Assembly: GCA_000182565.2 (NCBI GenBank)
Contig: KQ257455.1
DNA length: 64,000 nucleotides
Origin: Spizellomyces punctatus DAOM BR117
Lineage: Eukaryota
Reading direction: 5' to 3' (one strand)
The position numbers and the translations under genes were made by a program. Shown here piece by piece: positions 23,907 through 38,110 of this stretch (positions within the stretch are counted from its first letter, which is position 1; every line of letters starts with the position of its first letter). A model generated the notes under the pieces. That model was not told where the DNA came from. It did not search any database and was given only the letters and a program-made list of their open reading frames with translations.

Positions 23907-26900
23907 ATGGCTTCTCCATCGGCCCCTGCGACACCAAACTCTTATCGGTCCCGTGCCGCGAGTCAAGTTGGCGAACCTGGGCGGCCACCTTCCTCCCGTC
24001 TATCCCGGACCTCCATAGACGAAAATGCCGAAGGGGCTCTCGCCACAAAAGAAACCATACCTAACGTGCAAGATGAAGGAAGTCTGGATAGCCTTCAAAA
24101 TAAGCTCCATCAAATATCTTCCGAATCACTTGATCAAGAGACCAAACCCACGGAATTATACGATCAACATGAACGGCAGTTCCAAGAACAACAGCGGCAG
24201 AGATGGCAATTGCTTGAAAAGGAGTTGCTGGACAAAGACAAAGTTCCGACATCGTACTACACGACCTCGAAGAAGGAACAGCTAGTTTTGGAATTTGTAG
24301 CGAATTTCAATCGGCAGTATACACAGCTATTTCCGGGAAGGAAGGAGTTGCTGCTTTGCCCACCAAACCACTTTGGTATAAAGGTAAGCATCATTATAAA
24401 TGGAGTACGATTGCCATCTTCAACGAAACATTGAAACCAACATATGGTTCTCTAGAAATTTGTGTGCACCACCCTGCGACCGACCAAGCTTCCTTATAGA
24501 GAGCTCTATGACTACCGTGGTTGCGCCCGCTTCGTTGCTGAGTTTCTCTCATACAAACCGCTAGATCCCCCGCACGAATTGGTAAGATCATTCACTTTGG
24601 AAAACATGGCATCTCGGCAATTAACTGTTCTCTTAGCCACAAACGTTACCCGGACCTAGCTACACACTACGTCTCCAGCAAGGTAACTCGTTCGACTACT
24701 CTATCCTTCTAGCTTCATTGCTTCGTGGAGTCGGATATGATGCCTACGTTGTTTCCGGGTACTCAACTAGAAGGATCACGTTGATGGACGAGAGTATGGT
24801 CGAGAGTAGCACGGTTGGGATTTTACCTCCCTTTGGGCAATCAGATGCTGTGGGAAAGGCTGCTGATGCAGATACCGGAAGCGGAGATCGGGACAAAGGC
24901 ACATCCCAGGGCAAATATAAAGTTAAGCCACCTAGACAGTTAAGGAGCCAGTTTCTCGTCAAACAAGAAGAGAAAAGGCGGACCAAAGAAGAGCAAGAAG
25001 CTGAAGCGAGGCGAAAGAGGGAAGCCGAGGCGCGTGCGGTAAGACTTGTTTACTCTTTAAGCCACGCAAAACCGATGGCTCATCTTCATGTGGCCTCTGC
25101 AAGATGATGGAGGAAGATGATGATGAGCTTAAGGGCTTGCGTGTCCATGCCTGGGTACTGGTCCTGCCTGGCAAGCGAGAGGTTGCAGAGAGCTTCTTCA
25201 TAGGTACCACCGTACGGCTATACAGTCCGATCCAGCTATGAAAACTAACCTTGGCCACTTGTAGAGCCGTCAACGGGAAGAATCTACTCTACGGAAAACG
25301 AAAATTATCTCGGTGTGGAGAGTGTTTTCAGTTCGGTCAACTACTGGGTCAACATGCAAGTTTGTTACGATGGTCTCAAGGTTAGTGATTGTCGTCACTG
25401 CCTTGCATAACCATTCTTACCCAAACTTATTGGGCATTACAGGGCATTTCATTCGATCTGGGTGACAATGCAAAGTGGGAGTTTGTCCTTTTAGACAACA
25501 CGCAACCAGGGGGAGTTGACCCCCAAAATGACGACGATGATAAAGCAGCTGACAATGTATCAGACGACGAAGAAAATGAGAATGGAGATGTGGAAATTTT
25601 GGATTTGCCGCCGTCCTGGGTGGAAAAACTATCTGTTTCAAAGGAAGACTTTGAGTCTCGGTGTCCGTTGGGTGCCAAGACCGTTTTGTACAAGAACGCT
25701 AGACATGTGAGCTACCTTTGCCGGAATTCCACCTGCAGCTACGAGATACTAGGCTAATCCGCTTGTGTTATGCGCAACATTAGGAAGTCTTTGCAGAGTA
25801 CTTTAGAACTGACGGAATGGTATCTCGAACAACTTTCTTTGCGGATGAGAGCAGAGGTTTCAATGGAGAGATCCATGAAGAGTTCCGTAACCGACGGTGC
25901 GAAACGATGAGGTGTTTCTTCATTTCGGGGCTAATCTCACTGGGTACGCTGGCATTCTACAGAGACAAACTCCGGCAACGGATCCGAGTACCATATGACG
26001 GCAAAATTCATGAATTCTTTGATCCTGGGCGCCCACACGGTCTCAAGGAACATATCATAATTGATGATCGCACAAAGGAGATGCATTTTTATCCAAGCGC
26101 ACGGTCGGATGGTTTGGTCAAGCGCGTTGACGAAAGCAGCAAGGTTGATTCTTTGAGTTGCTTGCTCTGCATCCAAACCATATTGATGGCCAACACTTTA
26201 CGATAGATTCTCGAACACTTTACTGAACGAGAAGACCGTCTTGTGTATCGAAGTGTAACATTCGATGGCGAGCCGGTTCGTGATTCTAGGTCTTCACAAG
26301 TGAACTTCCCAGCATTAACTGCTACATGGACTGATTATTGCAGGACGAAGAACAGATTGAACGCGGATCCATAATCAAAATGGCTGAGAAGTTTGATCGG
26401 AATCCAGGTACGGCGAATCTCCCACCCCGTTTTCAACGTATCGGAGTATTAACTTTACAAATCCATTTGTTTACACAGATGTGCCATCCCACAAAGATGC
26501 GGCGAAGAGGACATATTTTCTCAAAGATGACAAGGTACCCATACCGATCTTCACATTCCCTAGACGCATTGAGAGACTCAATCATTATCCAGATAGGGGT
26601 CATATACCATTTCGAAGAGGGAAAGATCATCCCCTCCACTCGAGAATTTCACAAGCCAACCGCGGAGCAGAAAAACAACTTTCTTGAAATGACTGTAAGC
26701 TTTGAGGTAGCTATGGAGGTCGCCATGTTAATTGATGGACCTCTTCATGTTCACATCCTTTCATGCACAAATCAGGTGAATCCCTATGTGAAGCCGCCCA
26801 AAAAGCAATATCTTCTTGCTGAGCTGCTAGAGCTTCTCAGAGCTGAGCAAGCTTGTTTAGCCGCTGTGAAAGCATCTGATCGAGAAGTGAAAGAGATATT

Positions 26901-27602
26901 GCTGAGTAGGCAGGCAGAAGAGAAGGATGTGTCATTGGTGATATCCATCTATGATACCATTCGAAATCAAACGGTTTGTTTTCACTTTTCTCCGCTCTGC
27001 TCCCCCTTTATTGATGAACGGTGATATCTGTAGAAACTACCAAGCGAAGAAAAGAAAGAGACGTATAAGGAAGAAGAGGAAGCGAAGGCGACAGATATTG
27101 ACTACCTTTCTCCTTTCCTTGTTAATTACGTGAGTGCCATCAGCACGTAATCCCTGCAGGCTCACACTCATCCGCACCATATCTGCAGCCCAACCCCAAC
27201 CACCTCACACGCGAGGAAGCCCTCTTAGTTAAAGACGCCTGTTTGAAAGCATTCAAGGAACGTCTCATAGAGAAGGCCAACATCATTCAAGGTCGATTGG
27301 ATGAAGTCACCGCAGAGTACCAACGTCGTCAACTGGCTTACAGTCGCAACGCGGATTCGATGACTGTGGAAGAGACTGAGGAATATGTGAAGTTTTGCAA
27401 TGATGCACTGTTCAAGATACATATTCTGGAGAAGAGGCTGGCAAAGGTATCTGTTGTGTATGATCTTTCTTGTCTTTGATATAGACCTTTCTTTTAACTG
27501 AGGTTTCGTTTCCAGCATAAAGAAACCGCACCCGAGCGTTACATTGAGTTAGACGCTAGGCTCAAGGCTGATCCAAGGATGCAACCAGCATTTGCACATT
27601 GA
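23907..27602 (+). CDS. DRC7: Dynein regulatory complex subunit 7 (CCDC135/FAP50)
   Basis: FNRQYTQLFPGRKELLLCP..KFVCTTLRPT.LPY, GNSFDYSILLASLLRGVGYDAYVVSGY, RVHAWVLVLPGKREV.ESFFIEPSTG, YLGVESVF...NYWVNMQ, LDLPPSWV, CLKAFKERLIEKANIIQ. Confidence 0.93.
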
Positions 27603-27794
27603 AAAAGAAGGCCAGAGTAAGATCACTGTACGATGATGCGCTTCTTATTTTAGGGAATGTACTATGACTATGTCGGTATGCGGAATCATAATGGACATAT
27701 AGAATTATTTTATACATAGAACCTGCAAATTTCAACAAAGCAACCAGTCAGTCCTGAACGAGATGCATAGTGGAAAGAAAATAAAACCCAGAAC

Positions 27795-30700
27795 TCACTT
27801 TTTGTTCAACAGGAAAATCAGGAGATTGAGATTGATCTTGGCCCCTTCCATTAACGTTATGACCGTTTCGTTATTGTATTGAGCGGCCAACAAATCCTCC
27901 AGTCGTAGCTCCATCTTATCTTGCATTTTGACACCGAAAAACGCGGCCTCAATGTTGAAAATACCGGCCTCGTCAGAGGAGATGGTGAGTGTTATTTGTC
28001 CGTATTTGCTTGGAGAGACGTCGTCGAGAGATATCAACACGCCTTTACGGTGTAGTTCCGCTGCAGTATATTTGAAGGAGCCAAACTTTGGTACTTTTCC
28101 TGATTTTGCCAGAGCCCGCTGGTGTGCATATTGGCGGGTGAATGGTAAAGGACGTTTGCCTTTGCTGTTTTTATGAATACATATATGAGTACTGTATTAT
28201 GCCGTATGGCAAGCAGAAGGCACTTACTGTTTCTTGTTTCCAAGTTGTGACATGCATGCACTGATGTAGTCGTGATACGATTTCTTTTGATCTTCCAGGT
28301 AAACCGCCTTCTCTTCCAGATTTTTGAGTGTATTTCGCAAAGACAGCAATTCTTTCCGGCGTCGTGATCTTCGTCGAGACTTTGTAAGCATGTCTTTAGC
28401 GATCGAGTTGAGCATGTCTTGATATTGATTGGATTTTGTGACTTGGCCTTCTGCTTCAAGTTTTGCCATGTTCTCCAAAGCTCGACGTTTGAGGCTGAAG
28501 AAGGTCGTGCTGTTTGTCAAAGTGCGCAATCAGATCATGGCCCAGGACTTGAACTAGACTGGAGTGATCCGTACCTTCCCCCTTCACCTTTCAGTAAGCT
28601 CGATTGACTCGCATATAAACCACGGCTGCCGACACTGTTTCGAGCGCCCGCCAAATTATTAACACTTCCCGCAAGACCTTGACTGCTCCCCGTCATGCTT
28701 CCGGAAGCATTCAGAGTATCTCTGCTTTGATTCAATTGTCTTGACTGGAATTCTTTTTTGGCGTCCAGCTGCTGTGCTTCTAAAGCCAAGTATTCTTGGA
28801 ATATAGACTCTTCCTTCTCGGTTACGGGAGCTTCGAGAATGTCAAGGAGATTCTTCCCTGTTTGTACTCGAATGACAGCCATAATGTAGCGTTTTGCTTC
28901 GTTCCATAAGAGTCTCACTCGGGCATCGCGTTCGTCTGGTGGACCGGCAAACAGCAATCCATATTCAGTTAAAGTCCACAAATGCAGTCGGGGCATCCTT
29001 TTACTTTACCTTCAAGGGTGGGGAACCTATTTCGAAGGCGGAGTTCAATCTCAGGACCAGAATCATCAACAACCGTTGGAACTGGAGACAAATCTGCAAG
29101 CACTAAACGTAGATTATCCTTTGCATCATCCGCCTAGATGCACACAATCAGTGAGAATGATAGGCGATTACATGCAGGACTACGATAACGTACCACATCA
29201 TCCAGATTTTCAACCAATGTTTTGTGAAGTTGGAAAATTTCTCCAGAGGATAGTTTAACTGTCGGTCGCTGTTTCTGTGCCATACTAGCGTACTCGCTCA
29301 TTGCTTCAGCGTATTCATCCTCCAGTTCAGCATCGACCGTCGTCGCTAATATCAATAGTCACATTATTTCCATGCACCACAGTCGCGAATGGGTTCTGGC
29401 TATTACCTTCTTTAAAAATGGTCATGAAGGTCTTAAACTTTTCAGAAATGTAGGGATTCAGCTCCGCCAGGTTGGGATCATCATTGGGAAAACCTTTTCC
29501 GACCGACATCTGATGGAGGGTTTTTGCAATCTATAATGCAATGCTAGGGTTATACGAAGATAAGAATAGCCACCGTCTGCAGATGAAGAAGATATACCTC
29601 AGCCAGATTCTTTCGTTGCGTAGGTGAAAGGGCCGATGCAACCGACATGTCAATAACTTCGAACTGCTCGGGCTGACTGCAAACATATTTCTGATTAGAA
29701 GCGCTGGAGGAAATTACACATGCCGACAGTCAAGGGTCCTCACATGATAGCGGGACTAATGTAACGGTAGTAGATGAAATTGCCGCCAACGAGTCGTACG
29801 ATTTCATCATCGTTTCCGGGGAACCTTTTCTGAAAGCGGAGATAGCTCAGTTCCCTATTCTGTGCTCTTCCATTGAGATCTCCAAATACCTGTAATGCTT
29901 CCTTAAGTTGCCTGGCAATATATCGCAGACCGAAAGGCATGTCCTTGGTCGACCGGGATAGAGCCGATACGAATTCCCCAGTAATCTGCTTTAGTTTCGC
30001 AATGTCTGCAAATGAGAATCATTTTCTGTTAATTCGATAATGAGACGGGTACACTAGCTAATCATTCCTTACGTTGAACTTGGATTCTCTGCACTTCGGG
30101 ATCCTCCGCAGCCTGCTTTGATGTCACGTCGTAGGGGCGCTGGCTTTTCTTTCCTGTTTGGATCTCCTCCGCTGCAATCAAGGTTCTGTAAATCTGATCC
30201 CATAGAATAAGTTCGTAATTTCTTGTTTCAATAATTCATTGGTTTGCAACTAACCGCAAGTGGTTCTGTCTCCAAGTTAAGGTCTTGATTGTTAAGGATG
30301 GATTTGACAAAAGGTTGTGCCAAATTTCGGAGATAATCTGCGTTTCCTCCACGCCTTTCGATGCGTGTAAGCTTGCAGTATTGTAAGGCTATTCGGGAAT
30401 AAGGCCCACATACCGTGTGTAATCAACAACAAGCTTAATAAAGAAGGGATCTGCACGCCAGAATTCATCCAAGCTGGTGATGTCCTCCACCTCAAGTTTG
30501 ATTGCTTCCCGGAACAAACTCAACAGAAGCGATTCCACCCGTCTGTCTTGAGCATAACCGTACAGCGACAGTACCACCTTCGTCAAGAACTTTGTTGCAG
30601 TGTTACCGCTCATCTTGTTCATGGTAAAAACAAGTCTAGCCAGATACTGTGGCTGGGTTTGCAGTAAATAGAATAGTTCTTCATAGTGTTCGCGCTTGGA

Positions 30701-32822
30701 TCGGCTCTCTTTATCCTTCCCTCGAAGATTAATGGCCCCTTGCAGATCTTTCTCCTGAGACTTGGTAACATTAAGGGCTTGCCGCATCTTCTTGGAGGTG
30801 AAGTGAATAACTTCCTCGAGAGAAATGCGATTTCGTACGAGGAGGGAGATTTTCGTATCAAGATCCGCAACCTCTCCTTCCAAAGTGATGTTCTCCCGGA
30901 TGCGCTTGACGACGAGTTGGCGTAGTCGATCAACCTCTTTTTTGACATGTGTAAGAAGAGAAGGCAATCAAGAACGCAAAAACATGAGCGGTACGAACCA
31001 GTATCCTCTTCAAAGTCATTGTCGGTGTCGTCGAGCAGATCCAGGAAGTTTCGCAAAACATTGACGTTTGGGTCGTCCAACCGCGCTATCAAGAATGAAC
31101 GCATGAGCTTGATCGTCAGTAGAAACTAGAACGTGGGGGATTATCTTACCCAAGGCATGGTAAGCTTTTGCGAATCTCTTTGCTCTCCACATTGATTGAA
31201 TTTTGGCCACCGAATCCCCTTGAGCTTTCAAATAGTTTGTACGCTCCAAATAGCGCCGCCGTTGCTTTCGACCTTTGTACTTTGCTTGAATCTATTGAGA
31301 GATTGTCAGAACTCACGCAATGCACACATGCCATGATTTAAAACGTACCTTTGTCCAGACGCGCTCTTTTCCGTGTATTTCTGCAAGCTTGTTCTTATAT
31401 GCCTCTCGCATCTTGCGTCCTCTCCATACCGCTTGAAGTCTTGCAATGGAATTTTCATTCTCCGCATATGTGCGTCGCTTTTCAAGATATTTCTTTCGCT
31501 GCAGGTGCATTCGAACGAGTGCTTGAGCGCGAATGATATTGGCCAAATATTCCTTCTCCTTTTTTTCCGCCTGTTTAGCTTGATGCGCACGGTAATCGGT
31601 AAGCAACTGTTGATAGTTCTTTCGCGCAATGTAAGCTCGGAATTCTGCTTGCAATCGCACAACTTTATCGACGTGCTCGGCCAAGTATATCTGCCGCTCT
31701 GTTTACAAGATCAGTTCACGCTATTGCTTGCCCTGGCTTGCATCCAATTCATTTCCCTTACTCTGCTCCTCAGTCAAGACAGGTTCTGGTATAGGCTCTG
31801 CGAGCTCCTTCGACAATGCATCACCAACGCTTTTAAATGCAGGCATCGATACACCGGCTTCCTCAAGAGACTGTTGCGTAGCATCCAATTGTTCGTCTAC
31901 GTCAGATAATCTCGTTAGCTTTTGATGTGTATCCACTAGAGTTTTGAGCACAAAGCATACCAGTGAAAGTCAGCTGGCCGACTAGATTTTTCATGGAGGG
32001 TGCCAGCCCTCGCTTTGACAGGAGATGACTGACAGAAATTGCTGTCATAAACTCGTTTCATGAACGGTAACAAGGGTTACATTCGAACATACCTTAGTGC
32101 GTGAATGCAGTAGATGACTTTCGGAATGTTCTTTTTATCGTACAAGTCAGTAAGCTCAAAAAAGAACACCTAAAGACATGATTTGTAAGTATGATATTAA
32201 TGATGAAGGGTATACCAGACATTGGGAGGACACTCACATCTGGTAAGCCCACTTTCCGCATCGCTTCGAAGAGATAGTTGATGTTGTCTGAGTGTCGGAA
32301 TTGCAATCGCGTGCGGTCCTCAAAGATTTTTTTGACGGCTTCCGGCTGAAAAGACTTGGCTAAATGTGCCAGCACAATGCCGTTTCGTAACTCTTCTTCC
32401 AATTCTCCTATAGATGCAATTTGGAATTTGATGCAAGCCTCGATCCACCTTTTGTAGAAAATAATTCCAAGATGAATTAACCCGCGGGGAGGCAAATGGG
32501 GATCTGCGTTGAAACAGCTCATACTCTTTCGCTTCTCCAATATGACAAAGATACTCATAAGCTTGAAGCTGGGCCCTCTCCTTATCCAACCAAGCAGCAT
32601 CGCGCGTCTGCCCACCGGTCTCGTGCTTAAATCGAATTCGACCATGTACTCCTACATTCAAAAGTAGCGTTATACCATCAAGCAGCATGTCACGCTTATG
32701 TATGCAAGAGCATCTGCTGCCATACCAGCAACATCTCCTACATCCAGAGGAATCGCTGGTTGATCGGGGGATGTGCTGAAGGTGGTACTTGTTGCGCTCG
32801 TAGGACTTAATGGCTCACTCAT
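27795..32822 (-). CDS. IQG1: IQGAP (CH, IQ, GAP-related and RGCT domains)
   Basis: QAYEYLCHIGEAKEWIE, LRNGIVLA, QFRHSDNIN, IQ motifs (LQAVWRG, IQSMWRA), LFYLLQTQPQYLARL, MPFGLRYIA, NFIYYRYISPAI, C-terminal INLNLLIFLLNKK. Confidence 0.95.
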
Positions 32823-33148
32823 CGCAGAAATCATGAGGCAATGGACGTCAACACCAAGCGGGAAAACAACGGACGCTAGCAGCAATAAAGCCCAGGCTTC
32901 TTTCCGATTGCTCCGACGGGGCCAAAGTGCTTGCATAAACGCCCTCGATCCCATTCCAATGTGAGCCGCGCTGCTAAGCCACGAGTTGCTGACGTGTTAC
33001 GTACTGCGGGTATGACGCCTCCTTCCACGTGGATGTTGATTACTTCCGCCTTCCGATTGTTTGTTTACCCACCTGCTGCTCATTTCCTTTTTTTAAACCA
33101 TTTCCATCCCGATTTCTTTGCTGGACATCACATTAAGACTTGCATACC

Positions 33149-33694
33149 ATGTTACCACCTGCGAGAACTGCTGTGGAGACTTCAAAGGAAGCCATGAACA
33201 TGGCATTCCTGTTTGTGTTGGCCGTGTTGGGACCGACACTTGCTGCATTGTTGCAGTCCATGGTAAGCTTTGTTGCACTTTGAACTCACTCCCACCCAGC
33301 CTGGCCCACTGACCGCTTCCTTTAGAACTTTGTGCGGTATAACCAGAGCGCCATCGGTAAGCTGGAGATACCGCTTTTGCAAAACTCAAAAGCGTTGGTC
33401 AAGGCCTCCGGTGCCGAAAAGCCTGTTACAAAAGTCCCACAATCGAAATCGCAATCGAAACCGCAAACTCGGTCGCCTGCATCATACCTTCCGGCTGCGA
33501 ACAACAAAGGAAAGAAAAATACTGAGGTTGCGCTTCCTCAAACGCTACCGCTTCCTGGCGTCGTGCTTCAGGCCCTGGACACAGTGGATAGCGCTTGGGA
33601 TTGGGCGGTGGAAAGGACCGCTGGAGCGGTAGCTTACTCGGCAGCATTTATCGGTTGGAAAGTCAAGGTGCGCAAGGCAGAGAAAGCCGCGTAA
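33149..33694 (+). CDS. Hypothetical protein with an N-terminal hydrophobic segment (2 exons)
   Basis: ATG 33149 gives MLPPART..MAFLFVLAVLGPTLAALLQSM. A GTAAGC..TTTAG intron joins it in frame to ORF 33332-33694. Confidence 0.6.
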
Positions 33695-33927
33695 TTGAAG
33701 GGAAGGCTGACCGACCCACGTATACCCGATGCTCAGATGTGGGCTTATCAGCGATTGCGGAGTTTTCGGATATCTTATAGAGGGTCACTGTACATAGATT
33801 ATGGTTTTGAGCATTTCGTATCTTCAATATTCACAATTTCGTATCACATCATCAATTAATATGCTACATCCATATATACATTCATTATTCTACAGCTATT
33901 TACAACAAATAATTAGAGTCGACTGAC

Positions 33928-36900
33928 TCAAGCCAGAGAAGCCGCCAGTGCTTCCACTGTGGTAGGATGATATTAGTATTTGCGATGCGACGGGCTCATT
34001 GAGCACGGATGACTTACAATGTTGCACTCCATGACTGGCCAAACCCTCAAGAGCCTTTTTCACAAAGTTCACTGATTCTTCCACTCGTCTAGCCAGTTGC
34101 TTCAGGTCTTTTGCAAATTGTTTGTCTCTCTCATTTGATTGCACTCCAACATCTCTCAGGTAGTCACTGCTTCTTGTTTGGTCCGCACTTGGGTCATATT
34201 TTTTGCACAAGGATGCATACTCAACGCTAAGCTCGAGAGGTGCTGACATCTGTTTCCATATTTTGGAAGCCTATCACGAAGCATCCTGCTAAGAACGCGA
34301 TAGGGAATGCACCTCAATCACATGGCTTCCTACCTTTTCGTTCAGGAGACATCTGTCCCGCACGGCGCAGACAAAAGTATCGTGCATCAAGATCAGATCA
34401 TCCATGCCCTGTGCAGACTTGATTCCCTCCATAAATGTTTTAGATTCGGCATGAATAACCTGGCGATAGAAAGATTTAGTACCGCTGGTCAATCCGCGAG
34501 AGATAAATAAACATACAGCACTAAGGAAAAATGCATGCAAATTGGCGACAAAGTGCATCAACCTGGCCTTCACTGCCGACCGTTGCCTAGCTAAAAGTAG
34601 GTTCGACGTTCCTGTAGCCTTTCTACCACGCCAATCGTCGGTGTCCAGACAGTGGCGTGCATATTTGATCGCCAGCAAGATACGCGCGATTCGATTGTAG
34701 ATTGCGATAGTCGCGGGTGTCACGATAATATTTAAGGGGAACGGAGTCTGATCGTAGGGAATTATATACTTGAGGAATCCTTGACCAGACATGGGAATTA
34801 TGTGTCCATACCTGATAATGTATGTTAATGGCGTCCAAAAGTTCCCTGCTGCTTGATTTGGCCGCACGGCCTTCCACATTCAGCAGACGTATATCAAAAC
34901 ACCGCGCATCAAGATGGTTCAATTCGGTTCCAGCATTGCTTGCCAAACACTCCGCAAACGCGGCATTTAGTGCATGGGGCTCGTAACATAGTTCGCGGGA
35001 CTCAACCTGCCCTCCGTAAGTCATAAGCATTAAACATGACTGCGTGGTGTTCCGTTTCGCGTCATCAATACCTTCTCAAAGAGTTTCAAACAGAAAGGAT
35101 GCATGACAGCACCAGCTGTCATAAAATAAACTGCTTGCAGAGATTTCAGATGGTCATTCAATTCGCATTTCCGGAAGAGGATACTCGTGAGGTGACGTCC
35201 GACAGAGGCCTTTTGAGCAAGAACATGTCGACGAATGGCGCCGCGGAAACACTCGTCAATGGATTGCCAAAGATGCTGCTGCTCTGCAAAATGAGTTAGA
35301 AACCGCTCAGATATCCATGAACGTGCCACGGTAATGCTTACCAAACTGAACCCCGATAGTTGCGTCCTCTGCATCCATTTGATCAATGCCAACGGAAATC
35401 AAGGCTCTGAAGCACTTGGGAAACATCTGCTCAATTTCGCTCCCAGTACCCGTGCTCTTAGACGGGTACTGAGAAGATGGTTGTTGTTCATTTCTCTTTT
35501 TCATTTTGCGATTCATCCCCATGCCTTCGATAAAGGATGCCACAGTCGCCTCGTACAGCGACTCGCCATTCCGCGAAAGTTCGGGGAACACCTAAATTGT
35601 AGTCACCATTAAAACTCTTGTCCTCCGCCTTTCGTCGCAGCTTGATACACATACCTGCGAAGCATCGAGCTGTTCAATCACATTCAAGCTTTTCCCACAC
35701 ACATAGATTGCAGCATTCACGTGGGTGAGAAAATTGGGAGTCACTGATTCTCGGAGAATGTACCGTGACTGCCATTCATCTCCAGTCGCATTGGGATTAC
35801 TGCTACAGTCTCTTAGAAGCGGGTCACAAAAGGGACGCCAATTTTAGCGACCTACCTAGCAACAAAGAATTCTTCTTGTGGATCATCAAGTTTACCAGTG
35901 TCCATCCAATTTTGAATGGTGTCCATATATGGTTTCATCGTACGAAGGAACAGTTCCACGAACACCGAGACTTTCACGGGCTGACAGGTATGCTCATAAT
36001 GTCTAATACTGGTGCATTGTGCGGAAAGTATTTGCGTCGTCCAGGTAGCATTGTCGCGATACGGCTCTGATGAGCAAGCAGAAGCACATTGATGATCAGC
36101 CGTGGTTCAAGGAGATGGAAATAATCGAGGAAGATCTTAACCATTTTTCTCTATCTCAAGCGCCTCCAGCATCAGGCTGAGATCATCCAAGATGTCCAAC
36201 TTGCCAGAAAGCCGAGAGCCTAGTGCCATCAAAGACGTGACCTCCTGCTGTCCAGATTCTTGGACACATTAAGCAATAGCCATGCATGTTACTCGCAAAG
36301 GTTCGCACTAACTTGGCATCTTCCGCGCATACTCCTGGAAGCGTTTTTCCTCTTTCGTGATAGTTGCGTCAAAATCTCGTACGATGGAAAGCAGACCAGA
36401 TGCGAATGCCTGCACGGTAAGTGGGTAGGCTATCTGTTCACTTTGGCATACACTAGAAGCCAAAAAGTTACTTGATATGCTGTCACACTTTCTTGAATCG
36501 TACCAGCAAAGAAATCACCTTTCAGCGAAAGATCGAACGCGTTGCACCGCAGTTCCGCGATCAGCAAACCATTGTAAAAGGTCGTGGAGAGCACCTTCAC
36601 TCAGATGCTTCAGGGTTACATCCGTGACAGGCTTTAATATAGCATGGACACATAAGCTGGGGACGACTGGGATAGAACCAACTAAAGAATCATTACCTCA
36701 AAGCTACCATCTGAACGACTGCGAAACACTGCGGTGGCAAAGCCGGAAAGCAGAAACAGACACTCTCGTACGAAGTCAACCTCTTTCGTATAGACTGTGC
36801 TGGCCGCAGGGCGATAAAAGAAGCGCGGATCCCTCTGTTGATGAGACGCCAGGCTGGGGGCTTTACGGGTACACGTTAGCAAAAGGTATCAAGAGGTATC

Positions 36901-37730
36901 AAAAAGCTTTACACAGACCTAAAGAGCAGGGATCTTGGTGATCGAAACTTATGTCTATCGGCGGGAAATTAGCCCCTTATTGCCAGGCCCCGCACGCCAT
37001 AACGAAAGCAAGAAAGAAACAACTACCCTCTGCGAACAATGAATAAGATCCTTTTTCACGTGTCCAATACTGCCGCCGCTCCAGTTCCTTTTGTGACGAT
37101 TCATTGGGGTTCGACAGCAAATCCGGATTTCGATGTTTCTGTCGCCGCGGTTGTCTGTCCGCAACGGGTTCTTTCTGATTGCCATGGTGTGAATTAAATG
37201 GCTGCAATGACTACTGTACGGCAGCCATACCCTACCAAGGTAACTGCACTATCACAAACTTTCGTGCTTTCGTCGCTTGAATACCCGTCATCCGAGTCGA
37301 CCTCATCAGTTGCGTCCTCCCAATGTGATCCCGTCAATGGTTCCTCAGCTGTAATATCTTCCCATGTTAAGGAGCTTTCAGCATCCATAGATCCGATACA
37401 TGGGTGGTAGATATTGCGCAAGGGAGCTTCAGAAAGACTGAGGAAAAGACGAAGCATGTCGTGAATCTACCAAAGCCATGGGCAGTTTAGAAAGTTTACC
37501 TGATGACACATAATGCGCAACACGGCTTACCAAAAAGTGATAACTAGGACGCAAACTGAGTAGACTATTGAGACTCTTTCGTAGAGTGTCCGCTTTAGTG
37601 TCTTGGCTGTACACAGCAAACTTCTCAACAAGCCTGTGCAATGTTCAGTGTCAGTATCTGAGAGAGCCAAGAGGTGATGGCATCGCCACTGTTGCATACC
37701 CCCCATATTGACGAATAACTTCATGCTCAT
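33928..37730 (-). CDS. GCP5: Gamma-tubulin complex component, GCP5-like (Spc97/98 family)
   Basis: WEDITAEEPLTGSHW, VDFVRECLFLLSG, CELNDHLKSLQAVYFMTAG, PFPLNIIVTP..IAIYNRIARILLAIKYARHCL, MDDLILMHDTFVCAVRDRCLL. Start codon uncertain. Confidence 0.8.
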
Positions 37731-38110
37731 TGGTGGTTTGCCATCTGTGGACTTTTATCTGTTTCTTGGCCAACCGGCGACATTTTAAAAAGCTCTCAGA
37801 GTCCACCTAAAACCAAGATCGCGTCAATCTCTAATGAAGTCGAACCCCATTGCGCATATCGCGAGATTACCTGAAAACCTGTAACCTGCACAATCAGTTC
37901 TGAAAGTAGCGCATCTCGGGTTGCAATATTCGTTGGAGCGGCAGACAACATGTCGCTCAATGGTGGGAATGGAGTTCCATCGGAGAGCGCGCTCGGACAT
38001 GCATTTCATGTCCAAATGCTGGTGTGAGTCACTGTTGCCATAGTTTCCAAGAAGCTCAGACCTTTGAGTTCCCAACATTGCCTTGCACTTGAGCAAACAG
38101 CAGGGAAACA

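Noticed and set aside
23907-37730. DRC7-IQGAP-GCP5 as a cytoskeletal gene cluster
   Set aside because: Functions are only loosely related and no shared regulatory motif was seen. Proximity is plausible by chance.
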